In this document: positions 38,630 through 50,467 of the stretch, one piece after another
How positions within the stretch are numbered: the first letter of the stretch is position 1
Layout: every line of letters begins with the position of its first letter
Source: Malacoraja senta
Lineage: Eukaryota
Assembly (NCBI GenBank): GCA_038087875.1
Contig: CM075991.1
Coordinates: forward strand, 13,456,001 to 13,520,000
Length of the DNA stretch: 64,000 nt
Direction of reading: 5' to 3'
Notes under the pieces: model-generated
What the model was told of the DNA's origin: nothing
Seen by the model: only the letters and a program-made list of their open reading frames with translations
Database searches by the model: none
Program-made: the position numbers and the translations under genes

Positions 38630-39611
38630 TTGCACAGGAGAATCCACAATATTTAAGAAATTTGTCAAACTCCTCCAGCTCTGACTCATCACCTGCCCCA
38701 GTGGCATTTTCCTGCAAGTCTTTGGAGGGAAAGTTCCTCGCAACCAGCTGGCGACCACATCAGTCAGCAGATGTTTCATGTTTTCCCCTTCACACCATCT
38801 GGAGGAGATCCAGGTCGACAAGAAATCCCACCAAGTTGTTCCTCAACAGCTTCTCCAGCGCCAGGTGTGGAAGGTCACAGAGAACTTGGAGCAAGATTGG
38901 CCTTTGGGATCTTCAACGATGTCATTCCAACCCATGGTGACCATCAACCTCTGGTACCTGCTGTCTCGGAAACTGACCTGTTAAATGGAGACTAGAATGG
39001 AGTCTTGAAGGGTCACGATCCAAAACGCCGTCTGTCCATTCCCTCCATAGATGCTGCCTGACCCGCTGAGTTCCTCCAGCTCTTTTTCTTCTTACCGAGG
39101 AGATTGAACCTCACCGATCTCCGACAAGATCTCTGTCTGGAAGCACATCTCGGTCGCGGTCTCGCACGCCATCGTCTTCAAGGCTGGTGGCAGAGCGGTC
39201 CAGGGGCGCTGGATCTACTCGGAGCCAACCTGACCTGTAGATGTTTGTGCGTAGCTGGACTTGCGGGGACTTAGCGCCGGTAGGTTTGTGTAACCGCGAA
39301 CACCATCAATGGAGCAGAATGACACAAGAAAGAGACTCCCCGCCCTCACCCCCCCTTCATACTCACCCCTCGCTCCTCTGGACAGGGCGGGTGGGAAGGA
39401 AGGAGTGACCCCTGAGAGGATATTTTATTAAATTGGGGGAAAGGGGCGATATCTTTGGTTTTGACCGTTGGTCGTGTCCGGAACGCAGACCCGGTCCGGC
39501 CGGTGAAGTCTCGCTGACCAGTGGGATGACCAGAGCGATGGGTTGTGTCTTGAAGGATCCCTGGCGGGAGCGCGCCGCTGTCCACTCGCGTTCAGGTTCT
39601 TCTCCGGCCAT
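38630..39611 (-). pseudogene. Unidentified compact exon-like unit (candidate exons 39611-39367, 39234-39096, 38977 onward); gene, pseudogene or mobile-element gene
   Basis: Kozak-like gacgATGg ~40 nt after the TATA box; GTGAGT and GTAAGA donors; CAG acceptors; compatible phases. There is an in-frame TGA at 39111-39113 and the third segment is frameshifted. No homology recognised. Confidence 0.35.
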
Positions 39612-39639
39612 CGTCCACGGACACTGCGGACGATGCCTG

Positions 39640-39885
39640 GACAGCACCGCCTTTTATAGACACTGCCATGTCCCGCCCCCCTCGATGACCATTGGACCTC
39701 ACTCCGGCCACGGCGTTGGGCCATGGGGTGGACAGTCCATCCGATTGGCGGAGACCGCTGTCCGTCAAACCCGCCAAACTTCAGCGCCAAACTTCAGCGC
39801 GCGAAGGACAGCTCGTGCGAAGCGATTGTCCGTTCGCTCCGGCCACGAGCCCCGCGTGACCCCCCCCCACTGGCGCCAAGTCGGA
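39640..39885 (-). promoter_or_regulatory. Putative CpG-rich promoter (TATA, two CCAAT, GC box, clustered E2F-like sites)
   Basis: On the - strand: TATAAAAG 39651-39658, GC box 39672-39680, CCAAT 39691-39695 and 39744-39748, TTTGGCGG 39771-39778, TTTGGCGC 39784-39791, TTCGCGCG ~39798-39805. Confidence 0.6.
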
Positions 39886-40870
39886 CACTGAGGGAAATGA
39901 GGGAGATGAGGGACACTTGAGGAAGATTTTAATGACCATTGGTCACTGAGGGAATGAAGGACACTGAGGGTCAGTTGGTCACTGAGGGACTGCCAGACTG
40001 AGGGTCATTGAGGGAGCACCGGACACTGACCGATGTTGAGGGACTGAGGGACACTTGAGTGGATGAGGGACATTGCGGGGATGAGGGACATTGAGGGGAT
40101 GAGGGACACTTGAGGGGATGAGGGACATTGAGGGGATGAGGGACATTGAGGGGATGAGGGACACTTGAGGGGATGAGGGACATTGAGGGGATGAGGGACA
40201 TTGAGGGGATGAGGGGCATTGAGGGGATGAGGGACACTTGAGTGGATGAGGGACATTGAGGGGATGAGGGACACTTGAGTGGATGAGGGACATTGAGGGG
40301 ATGAGGGACATTGAGGGGATGAGGGACACTTGAGTGGATGAGGGACATTGAGGGGATGAGGGACATTGTGGGGATGAGAGACATTGTGGGGATGAGGGAC
40401 ATTGAGGGGATGAGGGACACTTGAGTGGATGAGGGGCATTGAGGGGATGAGGGGCATTGAGGGGATGACGGACATTGAGGGGATGAGGGACATTGAGTGG
40501 ATGAGGGACATTGAGGGGATGAGGGACATTGAGGGGATGAGGGGCATTGAGGGGATGAGGGACACTTGAGGGGATGAGGGACATTGAGGGGATGAGGGAC
40601 ATTGAGGGGATGAGGGGCATTGAGGGGATGAGGGACACTTGAGTGGATGAGGGACATTGAGGGGATGAGGGACATTGTGGGGATGAGGGACATTGAGGGG
40701 ATGAGGGACATTGAGTGGATGAGGGACATTGAAGGGATGAGGGACCATTGAGGGGATGAGGGACCGCTGCTCATTGAGTGTCTGGTGGATGCTGAGGGAA
40801 TGAGGACACTGAGGGAATGAGGACACTGAGGGAATGAGGCACGCTGAGGAGATGAGGGGCACCGAGGAAT
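39885..40870 (+). repeat. Purine-rich minisatellite, 18/20-bp units GAGGGACATTGAGGGGAT / GAGGGACACTTGAGTGGAT
   Basis: About 40 tandem units, homogeneous over 40040-40765 with degenerate flanks. Confidence 0.95.
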
Positions 40871-41829
40871 ATTTAGCGGGTAATTAGCAGATAATACCCC
40901 TTAATGGTATAAACAGCGGAGCAGGAGTTAAGTCCTTGGATCCAAAACACATTTCCTCACCACCCAACTGTAACTCCACAAATCGCCTCTCCTGACTACC
41001 GCCTGCTCACATTCCCGCAATCAGATGGGATACAACTTGCACATAAAGTCCCGAAAATCAAGTTTCCAATTTTCCCAAGGACTGCAGATGCAGGTTTATA
41101 ACAAAGGTAGACACAGAGTACTGGAGTATTTCAGCGGACAGGCAGCATCTGTGGAGAACATGGATACGTGACGTTTTTGCAGACATTCTTCTGTATTTTT
41201 TCCTGACTTCTGAGGAAATTCTTCTGAATGACAGTCATTCTCCACCCTATTTTTGTTGCTCCGATGTTCCTGTAATTGAGCAACTCTATAGATTGGTACT
41301 TTCTACCCATTTACACTATTTCCGCAAACAATCGACAGTTTCTCCACCTCCCTATTCTGAGAAGTTGCCATTTACTGGGAAAAAGATTTGCCAGACATTT
41401 GGTGACCTCAAGTAGATGTAACTGGGTGAAATGTTTAAATTTCAGAGTGAGTCCCACTGCAAATTGGAGGAGCAGCACCTCACATTTTGTTTGGGTAGTT
41501 TACACCCCAGCGGTATGAACATTGACAGATAAGCAGAGGTCAGTGAATGTGGTTATTCAAATAAAGCAGCAAGGATAATTGTAGGATAATTGGGCCACAT
41601 TTTGTGCAGTGCTGGTGGCCATATCACAATGAGCATGTGATTGCACTGGAGAGGGTGCAGGGAACATGTTGCCTGTGATGGAGTGTTTCAGGTGCGAGGA
41701 GAACTGGATAAACTGGCTTTGCATTACTAGGAGCAAAGGAGGCCAAAGGGAGAGCAGATGGAGGGCACAAAATAACCGGGGCAGTTACAAGGTAGTCAAA
41801 CCTTCCACAGTGCAGAGCAACTAAAATGA

Positions 41830-42100
41830 AAGCGCAGTGGTAGAGTTGCAGCCTCACAGATCCAGAGACCCGGGTTCGTTCCTGACTATGGGTGCTGTCT
41901 GTGCGGAGATTTGTACATTCTCTCTGGGACCATGTGGGTTTTCTCTCACATCCCAGATATATAGGTTTGTACGTTAATTGGCTTCTATAAATTATAAATT
42001 GTCCCTAGTGTGTAGGATAGTGCTGGTGTACGGTTGATCACTGGTCTGCACAGAATCGGTGGGCTGAAGGGCCTGCTTCCACACTGTATCTCTACACTAA
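41830..42100 (+). mobile_element. V-domain tRNA SINE (HE1-like)
   Basis: A-box-like gcgcagtggtagag, B-box-like gggttcgttcc, V-domain, CR1-like 3' end. Confidence 0.75.
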
Positions 42101-43339
42101 AGGGGCATAAGCTTTGGCACTGGGGAAATTTGAGGGAGGATTCTTTGCCTTGTTTGAATCTGGAACACACTGTGGAGATAGGCCCACACCACCATGGAGG
42201 CAAGAGGCTGTATATGCTGGAATATGGGGAAAGAAACAAGCTGATGGGAGAAGTCAATGCGTGGAGTGGCATCTGTGGAGGGAAATGTGAATGACCAAGG
42301 CGTGGAGTAATGGCAGGAGGGCTGAGGGGTGATTAGGCATGGACATTGTGTGGCAAAGGGCCCGTATCTGTGCTGTGTGACTCTGTAATCATATCCCGTG
42401 TTATAGTTAGTGGGCATGTCGTACGTGATATGGGTGGACCTGCTCATTTAATCCCAGGGTACTTACTATATGTGGAATGAAATCTCTGTACCACTTTTAC
42501 TTTGGAGGAAGCAGTATCAGCAACTATTGACAGCTTTATTTTACTTGTAGATGTTTTGGTACAGCCCATTGGAGATATCTTCTTTAGTCAGAGTCTGTGG
42601 AATTCTTTTTGATATTTTTAAGGCAGAGACAGATAGATTCTTGATTAGTAAGGGTGTCAGGGGTTATGGGGAGAAGGCAGGAGAATGGGGTTAGGAGGGA
42701 AAGATAGATCAGCCATGATTGAATGGCACAGTAGACTTGATGGGCTGAATGGCCTATGTATTGAAGCACTTGCCACTTGGATGATGCAGTGGCTCGGATG
42801 GTTCAGAAAGGTCGTGTGCCACATAATTATCATTGAATCAGTTCCAGAACGATCCGGCTCCAAGGGTTTATGAATCAAATTAAAATTCTGGAAGAAATAT
42901 TAGCTACAGTGTCAATCTCAAGGTCATCGAACTGAAAAGCTGTTTTTTCTCTCCACACATTCTGCCTGACCTACATATCCCCAGCATTTCATGCTTACGT
43001 ATGTTACCATTTGCATTCTTGTACCCGAGGCTCAAAGCCAATATTCAATGAAACATTTTGAATTGCAAATCAGTTAAATTTGAATCTCTTAAACTTAAAA
43101 GCTCAGGAACAGTTGACCCCAATCTGATTCTGCATTCTTTCCTAAAATGTACATAAACTCAACTCCAATCTAGATTGATCATTCTGTTTTTATAAGTACG
43201 GTTGCTGAGTCTATGCTTGGTCTCATTGATGTACAGGAGGTAACATCATAGATAAGGTTAGAGGAGGTGCTGGTGAACCTCTGTGTCATTTGGAAGGACT
43301 GCTTGGGTCCCTGGATCTATGTTATCCCACTTTCTCATC

Positions 43340-43525
43340 TACTTCCAGTTAACCTACAAAACCGCACATCTTTGGGATGTGGGATGGCAGTGGAGCACCT
43401 GGAGAAACCCACGCGGTCACAGTGAGAATGTGCAAACTCCACGCAATCAGCACCCAATGTCAGGATCGAACCTGGGTCTCTAGCTCTGTGAGGCAGGAGC
43501 TCTACCAGCTGTGCCACATGGCTGC
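43340..43525 (-). mobile_element. V-domain tRNA SINE (HE1-like)
   Basis: On the - strand: tggcacagctggtagag...ggttcgatcc...gtggagtttgcacattctc. Confidence 0.8.
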
Positions 43526-44029
43526 CCTGGCATAATAATCATTGGTATGAAGGGCAACAGCCATGATCACCCTCCTCTGCCTTCACGGGCGACTGCTTCC
43601 ACCCTGACTTTGCATGTCTGAAGGTGCCTGCAGTCAGTGTCACAGGTAGCTCAGGGGCGCGAGTTTCTGGGGCCCTGTGTGTCAGGGATAAGGAACCTCA
43701 GGTTCACAGAACTACTTCCTCCACTTTGAGTAGTCACATGTCAGGGATTCTATGAGTCCTAGAGTCATATAGCACAGAAACAGAAACCTTGCCCATGCAT
43801 GTACCTGTCCAAGTGCCTTTTAAATGATTTTGTACCTGCCTCAACTACCTCAACTGGGGCAGCTCGTTCCATTTACCCATTGCATCCAACTACCTCTGCC
43901 TTCCCCGTGACATGGTCTAGTTGATAGCAATCTTGCATTCTATTCCCAAGGGTGCTCTAGGAGCATCATTCATTTCCTCCAGTAATCTCTTGCCCAAAGG
44001 GATTGTGAAGGAGTGTATGTTCAGTGGTC

Positions 44030-44468
44030 TGATGTTCAGCTGAACACACTATGGGAACTACACTCGCCCCTCTGCAGGAACTATACATCAGAAGGTGCAG
44101 ACCCAGAGCCAGCAACATTATGGGGGACCCCTTCCACCCAGCAACAGACTGTTCCAGCTGCTACAGTCAGGCAAACGCCTCCACTGTCATGCTGTGAAAA
44201 CAGAGAGGATGAGAAGGAGTTTCTTCCCAGAGGCCATTAGGACTGTAAACTCTTACCTCACCAGGGACTAACTTACTTACTGTACCAATTTACTGTTGTG
44301 TTGTGTCTTTTTAAAATTGCTGGGTTTTTTTTCTCACAAATATGTAATTACTGATTCTGTTCTATCCTGATTTGTAGGGTTTTTTGCACAATCCGTGAGC
44401 GTTGCCACTTTTCATTTCACTGCACATCTCGTATGTGTATGTGACAAATAAACTTGACTTGACTTGAA
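44030..44468 (+). mobile_element. Rex1-like LINE 3' end with (ACTTG)n tail
   Basis: HP...LFQLLQSGKRL...SFFP.AIR coding remnant, AATAAA, acttgacttgacttga. Confidence 0.7.
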
Positions 44469-45049
44469 CCATGTGGCTTGATCATCGTGAAGGCCACAAA
44501 CCATTAGAGCCTCAGCACTTCAAGGTGATGTGGCTGAGTGTACTTTTCAGCACAGAAACGGGCCCTTCAGCCCAACTCGTACATGCTGACCAAGTTACCT
44601 ACCTGAGCAGGTCCCATTTGCTTACATTTGGCACATATCCTTCGAAACCTTCCCTAAGCATGTACCTGTCCAACAAACTGTTGCAAGTAAACCTGCCTCA
44701 ACCACTTCCTCTGGCAACTCGTTCTATTTACGCAAAACCCTCTGTGTTAAAAGGTCGCCCCTCAGGTCCCTTAAATTATTTCCACTCTCCCCTTAAATGT
44801 CTTCTCTTTAGTTTTAGACTTGCCTCCGCTGTGACAAAGGCTATGACTATTCACTGCGTCCATGCCCTTCATTCTAAAACTCATAATGTTCAGCCTCATG
44901 CACCGCAGAGAAAAAAAACCTGTTGCCTAGCTACTCTTTTCCATAACTCAAGCCCTTCTATCCCAGTAGGAACCTTGTGAACCTTTGGAGACAGATTTGA
45001 GACAAGGCATGCAGAAAGAATCACTGCTGCCTGCTCATGAGTTCCGTGT

Positions 45050-45175
45050 GGGGTGGGAGATTGCAACCTTCACGTGGACGACTGCAATCAACCTGGTGTG
45101 CACAATCAAATAAGATCAAATAGAACAAGTTGTCCTACAACTTTAGGCTGTGCACGCCATACGCAAGAAGAAGAC
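45050..45175 (+). mobile_element. Short Vingi-like non-autonomous retroposon, internally deleted copy
   Basis: Homologous to 54992-55136; ends cgcaagaagaaga. Confidence 0.7.
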
Positions 45176-45889
45176 GTCAGTGTGGCCTTTAGGGGTTCAG
45201 CTCTGTAAACACTTCTTCAGACTCTGCTGGGTTCAATGCTAAGATTCATCCTTACCTCTCTGAATCTAACAGTAGTTATTTGTTATTAGAGGCAATATTG
45301 TACCATGTTTACAGGTTAGTTTGGTGATACTTAGTCCAAGACCTGTTCTCTTGTCTGCTGCAGTGAGTCTGTGATGATCTGATGCTGCTAATGTAAAGGG
45401 AGTTGGGTTGCTAACATTGAGTCAGGCTCTATAAGGAGAACAGTTCAATTCCCAAATGTACATGTTGCAAAACACGTATGTAAAATATAGATCTGAAAGG
45501 ACGTCCTTGAGTGCATGTAGCCCATGGCAACACCATGGCAACACCATGACAAGGGCACAGGGGGCAGTTTGATTGCTCAGCTTCTTCCTGTTGCCCTGCA
45601 GATGTGTGAGCATCTGTATCATGACTGCGTGCCAGAGGATGTCACATGTTTGTACATAACATGCTGCTCTACCTGACGGCAGCTCGACAGAAGACGGAAT
45701 CATGCCCCATCAAAGGACAGTGAGTGTGGAATGTGGACATCAAACCAATCCCATCTCATTCAGCTCACTGCTCTCAGTATAAATACTCTGAAATCTACCT
45801 CACCACTCATTCTTAACCATTTAATATAAAACAAGATGAAAAATAAAATCTTTCTGGGTGATGTGGGGGGGGGGGGGGGGGGGCCATGA

Positions 45890-47295
45890 CAATGTAACAT
45901 GGGCAATTGTGTGCAGTTCTGGTTGCCTAGCGATAGGAAGGTTGTCATTAAGCTGAAAGGGGGCAGAGAAGATACGCAAGGATGTGAGTAGGACAACAAG
46001 GCCCCAGTAATAAGGCAAGTGGCTAGGCTGCGGCATTTTTCCAGAGCCTTATAGAGATATATGTTCATAAGGGGTATAGATAAGGTGAATAATCACAGCC
46101 TTTTCACCATGTTAGGGGAGTCTAACACTAGAGGTTTAAGATGAAAGGGGATCCTGATGGGCTACTGTTTCACACCAAGGGTGGTGGGTAGGTGGAACGA
46201 GCTGTCAGAAGAAGCCATAGCGATGGGAACAATTACAATGTTTAAAGACTGTAGGGGAAGGTATATGGACTGGAAAGGGATGTGAGCAAAACAAATGGGA
46301 CTTGCACAGGGAGACACCTCAGTCAGAGAGCCTTTCTCCATGTTGTAAAAAAGGGAAAAAAGCTTTAAAAGGAAATCAGGAGAGCAAAAAGGGGGCAGGA
46401 GAGAACATTACGGACAATCGCAAGATATTTTATATATATATAAAGGGGAAAAGGGTAACGACTTCAGACGTTTATAAATCATAGGAGCAGGATTAGTTCA
46501 TTCTGCCCATCGAGTCTACCATTCAATCATGGCTGATCTATCTTTCCCTCTTAACCCCATTCTCCTGCCTTTTTCCTGTAACCTTTGACACCCGTACTAA
46601 TCAAGAACCTATTAAGCTTCTCTTCAAAAATACCCAATGACTTGGCTTCCATCACCGTCCGTGATAATGAATTCCACAGATTCACCACCCTTTTGCTAAA
46701 GAAATTCTCCCATTCTCCTTTCTATAGGGACGTCCTTTTATTCCGAGTCTTGTTCTGTCTATGCCCTATGTTCTGAAATGTCTTCACCAAATCTCTCTGC
46801 TTCTTGAACTTTTATCATCCTTTAAAATTACTATAAATATCAACCTCTTTAATCAAGCTTTCAGTCAGACCCAATATCCCTTCAAGCCATTCTATGTCAG
46901 GAATGGTTTTCTTTGTAACTTACTTATGTCCAGGGAATGAGGTGCTGGTGGGAAGGTCAAAAGTGATCACCCATGAGAAGGAGCTGGTGAGGCGAACCAT
47001 GAGCCAGAGGGCATTGGTTTAAGGTGAAAGTGAAAAGATTTAATAGGAACCTGAGGGGCAACATTTTCACTGAGAGGGTGGTGGGGTGTATGTGATAAGC
47101 TGCTAGTGAAAGTAGTCGAAGTGGTTGAGGGAGGTGCTATAATAACCTTTAAAATACACTTGGACAGGTATATGGATAGGAGATGTTTGGAAGGTTTGGG
47201 CCAAAAGTGGGCAGATTGGAGTAGTATAGATGGGGCATTTGGTTGGCAAGGATGAGTTGGCTGAAGAACCTGTTTCCGTGCTGTGTGACTCTATG
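45890..47295. mobile_element. Several old CR1 3' fragments (+ 45890-46330, - 46480-46750, + 46990-47295)
   Basis: Similar to the CR1 3' regions elsewhere in the window. Confidence 0.65.
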
Positions 47296-50200
47296 ATTTT
47301 GAAGAAGGTCCCGAACTGAAAAGCCATCTGTCCATTTTCTTTACAGGTTGCATGACCTGCTGATTTCCTCCGGCACTTTGTTTTTGACTCAAGGTTCTGG
47401 CATCTGCATTTTCTTGTGTCCCATTATGTGCCTTTTGTGCCGTTTAAAGGCCAGTTTTATATGAAATTTGTGAAGATTATTTTAACAACACAAGGATGAT
47501 AGATAAAGAAATTAACTTTAATTTTGAGAGCTGAATCATAAGAAAGCATTAACAAAGAATATTTCCAGAAATGTTATTGCTCCACGTTAATCATATGTTA
47601 CAACACAATTTTTGCAAAGTTTCATAAGTGAGGCAATAACTATTTTCAAAGTATCTGTTCTGATGTGTGGCAAGATGTAAGGTTACATACTCATAGTCTT
47701 CCCATATTTACATACTGTTCAGGGTTACCCAAGAAGATTAGGAAATGACTTCCTTGGCTGCTTCTGCTAGCAAAAGAGCCAGCTGCTATTTGCCTTTGAT
47801 TTAGATTTGATATAAAATTGGTAAAAGATGAAAAACCTCAGCTGGTTAGGCAGCATTTACGGAAGGAGGAACAATATTAGTGTTTTAGTTTGAAGATAAT
47901 TTATTAGAGATGGTGGTGGGATGGCCGGAACTGGGGTGTCCACCACTGAACTGGGGGGTCCACCTCTGGTCAATGTAAAGCCAAGGATGTCACAGGTAAC
48001 ATAGATCAGATCATCATTACTAGAGATAGCAGATGGTGGAATCTTGAGCAAAAAAAGCAAAGGAGAAATTCAGCACATCAGGCAGCATTTTTGGAGAGAA
48101 GTGGAGAAATTATGTTTTGGTTCAGGACCCTATTTCAGAAAACTGTTAAAGCAAAGTAAAGGGAAGCGTGGTTCTTTCCTTTCTCTGAAGAATAATGGGA
48201 TGTACTTCTCTGAAGATGTTATCCTTTTTGTAATCCACATTCTTGACCATTGATGTGGAACTGCTCGTGCGAATCATTTGATGGAACTTGAAAATCAAAA
48301 ATACTGCAGACACTGGGACCTTGTAGAGATATAAGCATAAAACATGTCAATGTTGGTTCAGTTCCCACAGATACTGCCCGACCGACAGGGTGGTTCCAGC
48401 AACAAAAAACGTGTTTTATAGAAGTTGCTATGTGCGTTTGACTCACTCACTGCCTTAGCCAAAGGAAAATGACTGTGCAAACATTTATTCATGAGTTCTA
48501 ACTTGGAAAACCGTTCATTATAATACAGTTAGAAGTTTAGAATTGGGGTGGTGGGGGGAGGGGGGGGGATATATATTAGTTCCCCAGAGAAGTGATTAGT
48601 TGTGAAGCTTTCAGACTGTTGAGAGAATCAATGTAGGTGCAAGGTTTTTTCTACTTTGCTTATGGCTAAGATGCCAGGCACCTGAATAAATTTGCACAGT
48701 TCACCATAAGGAACAGAACATTCAATACTGATCTTCCTCAAGAACACAATGTACCCTTATTCTGAAGGTTGATTTACTTATATGATTACAAAAATGCCTT
48801 GTAGCATACTGCAGTTTGCATTATAGTATTGTTTTCTCTTCTGAGTGTATACACTCATTTACATAGGAGTCAGATACTGAGCTGTATCCTGACCCATTGC
48901 CTTTTCTTCACATTGAGTCTGGGCAAAGAGGCAGACAAATGGTTTGTTTGTTGATCTGCTGCACCATTAATCCTTGAAATCTTCTTTTCAGCATGAGTTA
49001 GTTTGTCAAAATCAGGACCTGGACCAACAGCTATTATTTCTTTCTCAGCTCACCCCCCCTCCCACCCCCACCCCTATCTCAGGAGCCTTGAGCTTAAATG
49101 CGTGCTTTGCTAACCTCGCTCAAGTTTCAGATATCTTTGACAAAACACAAACAATATGTTATGATTTGTTGTATTATTTCACACCCACTCTTTAAAGAAA
49201 TAAGTTCATAGTTCACAGAAAATGTATGAACAAGGATATCAGATGAAAAGATGAGGCTTATAATGTGGCCAAAAAAATATGTAAATGTAAGATTTTGGGA
49301 AGATTTAGAAAGCAGTATGTTCATACTACCAACATACGACGAACAGTTGAAAATAACATAGGAAAGCCAATTAATAAGATAAATAAAATAATTGTAAGAA
49401 CTCCACAACTTTGTAAAGTGGAAAAGAATGGTAAAGTTAACGGTAAAACTGTAGAGATAATGACAGGCAAGATTGTAGTGGAGGAAATGATGGAGGTGCT
49501 GAATTAATATTTTCCATATTTTTTGATGTAGAAAGCATTATAAATGTAGTATAAATAATTGGGTACAGGGGGATTATTGTCAGTGAGGAGCTTAAAATAA
49601 ATAACAGGTTTTAAAAGAAAGGTGATAAGTTAGTGATGACCTTCCAAAGTTTGTCATATTCTGGACCAACTTACTGGGGTAAGTTGTAAGAAATGAATTG
49701 ATGCTCAGAGTCACAGAGAAATACAGCGCCTTCTGTCCACTCACGGCCCCCATCCATCACGCACCCATTTACATTAATACTAGTTTATTCTCCCAGTACT
49801 TCCATCAACTCCACCCAAATTCTAACTTGCATCCACACATAAACTAGAAAACTGCACATTTTTGGGATGTTATAGAAAATTGGAGCACACAGTGGAAACT
49901 CATGCGGTCACTGGAAGAAAGTGCAGACTCCACACAGATAGCATTTGAGGTCAGAATCAAACCCAGGTCACTAAGCTGAGGGGTAGCAGCACAAACAACC
50001 CCAGCACTGTACCATCATTTTAACATTTTCAACATTTATTTCATCCTGGTGTGCCTTCCCTTGTAATTACATTTCCTGAGGTGGTCATGGCTGCTGAAGC
50101 TGTCATTGAAGAAAGGAAAGAGAGGGGAAAATAAAAGAACTGCCATCCAGTTGGTCTCACATCAGTTGTTAAAATAATAAAATCATTATTAAGGTCATGT

Positions 50201-50467
50201 CTGCAATGAAGTAGGTGGAAGATCAAGGCTAGTTCATAGCTTATGGTTGGAACGTTCACGTCTGATTATAGAGAGGAAGAAGCTGTTCTTGAATTGGGTG
50301 GCACATGCTTTCAATCTTTTATGTCTACTGCTTGACGGAAACGGGACATGAGGGAATGACCTGGGTGAAAAACATCCTTGATTATGTTGGCTGCTTTCCT
50401 GAAGCAGTGTGATGTGTAGATGGTGTCAATGGGTGTTGGAATGGGCTACATCTACAATCTCTGCAAT

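Noticed and set aside
39971..40862. 219-285-aa repetitive ORFs
   Set aside because: Translations of the minisatellite, open in all three - strand frames
41830..43525. tRNA genes
   Set aside because: A/B boxes belong to SINE heads; no intact cloverleaf
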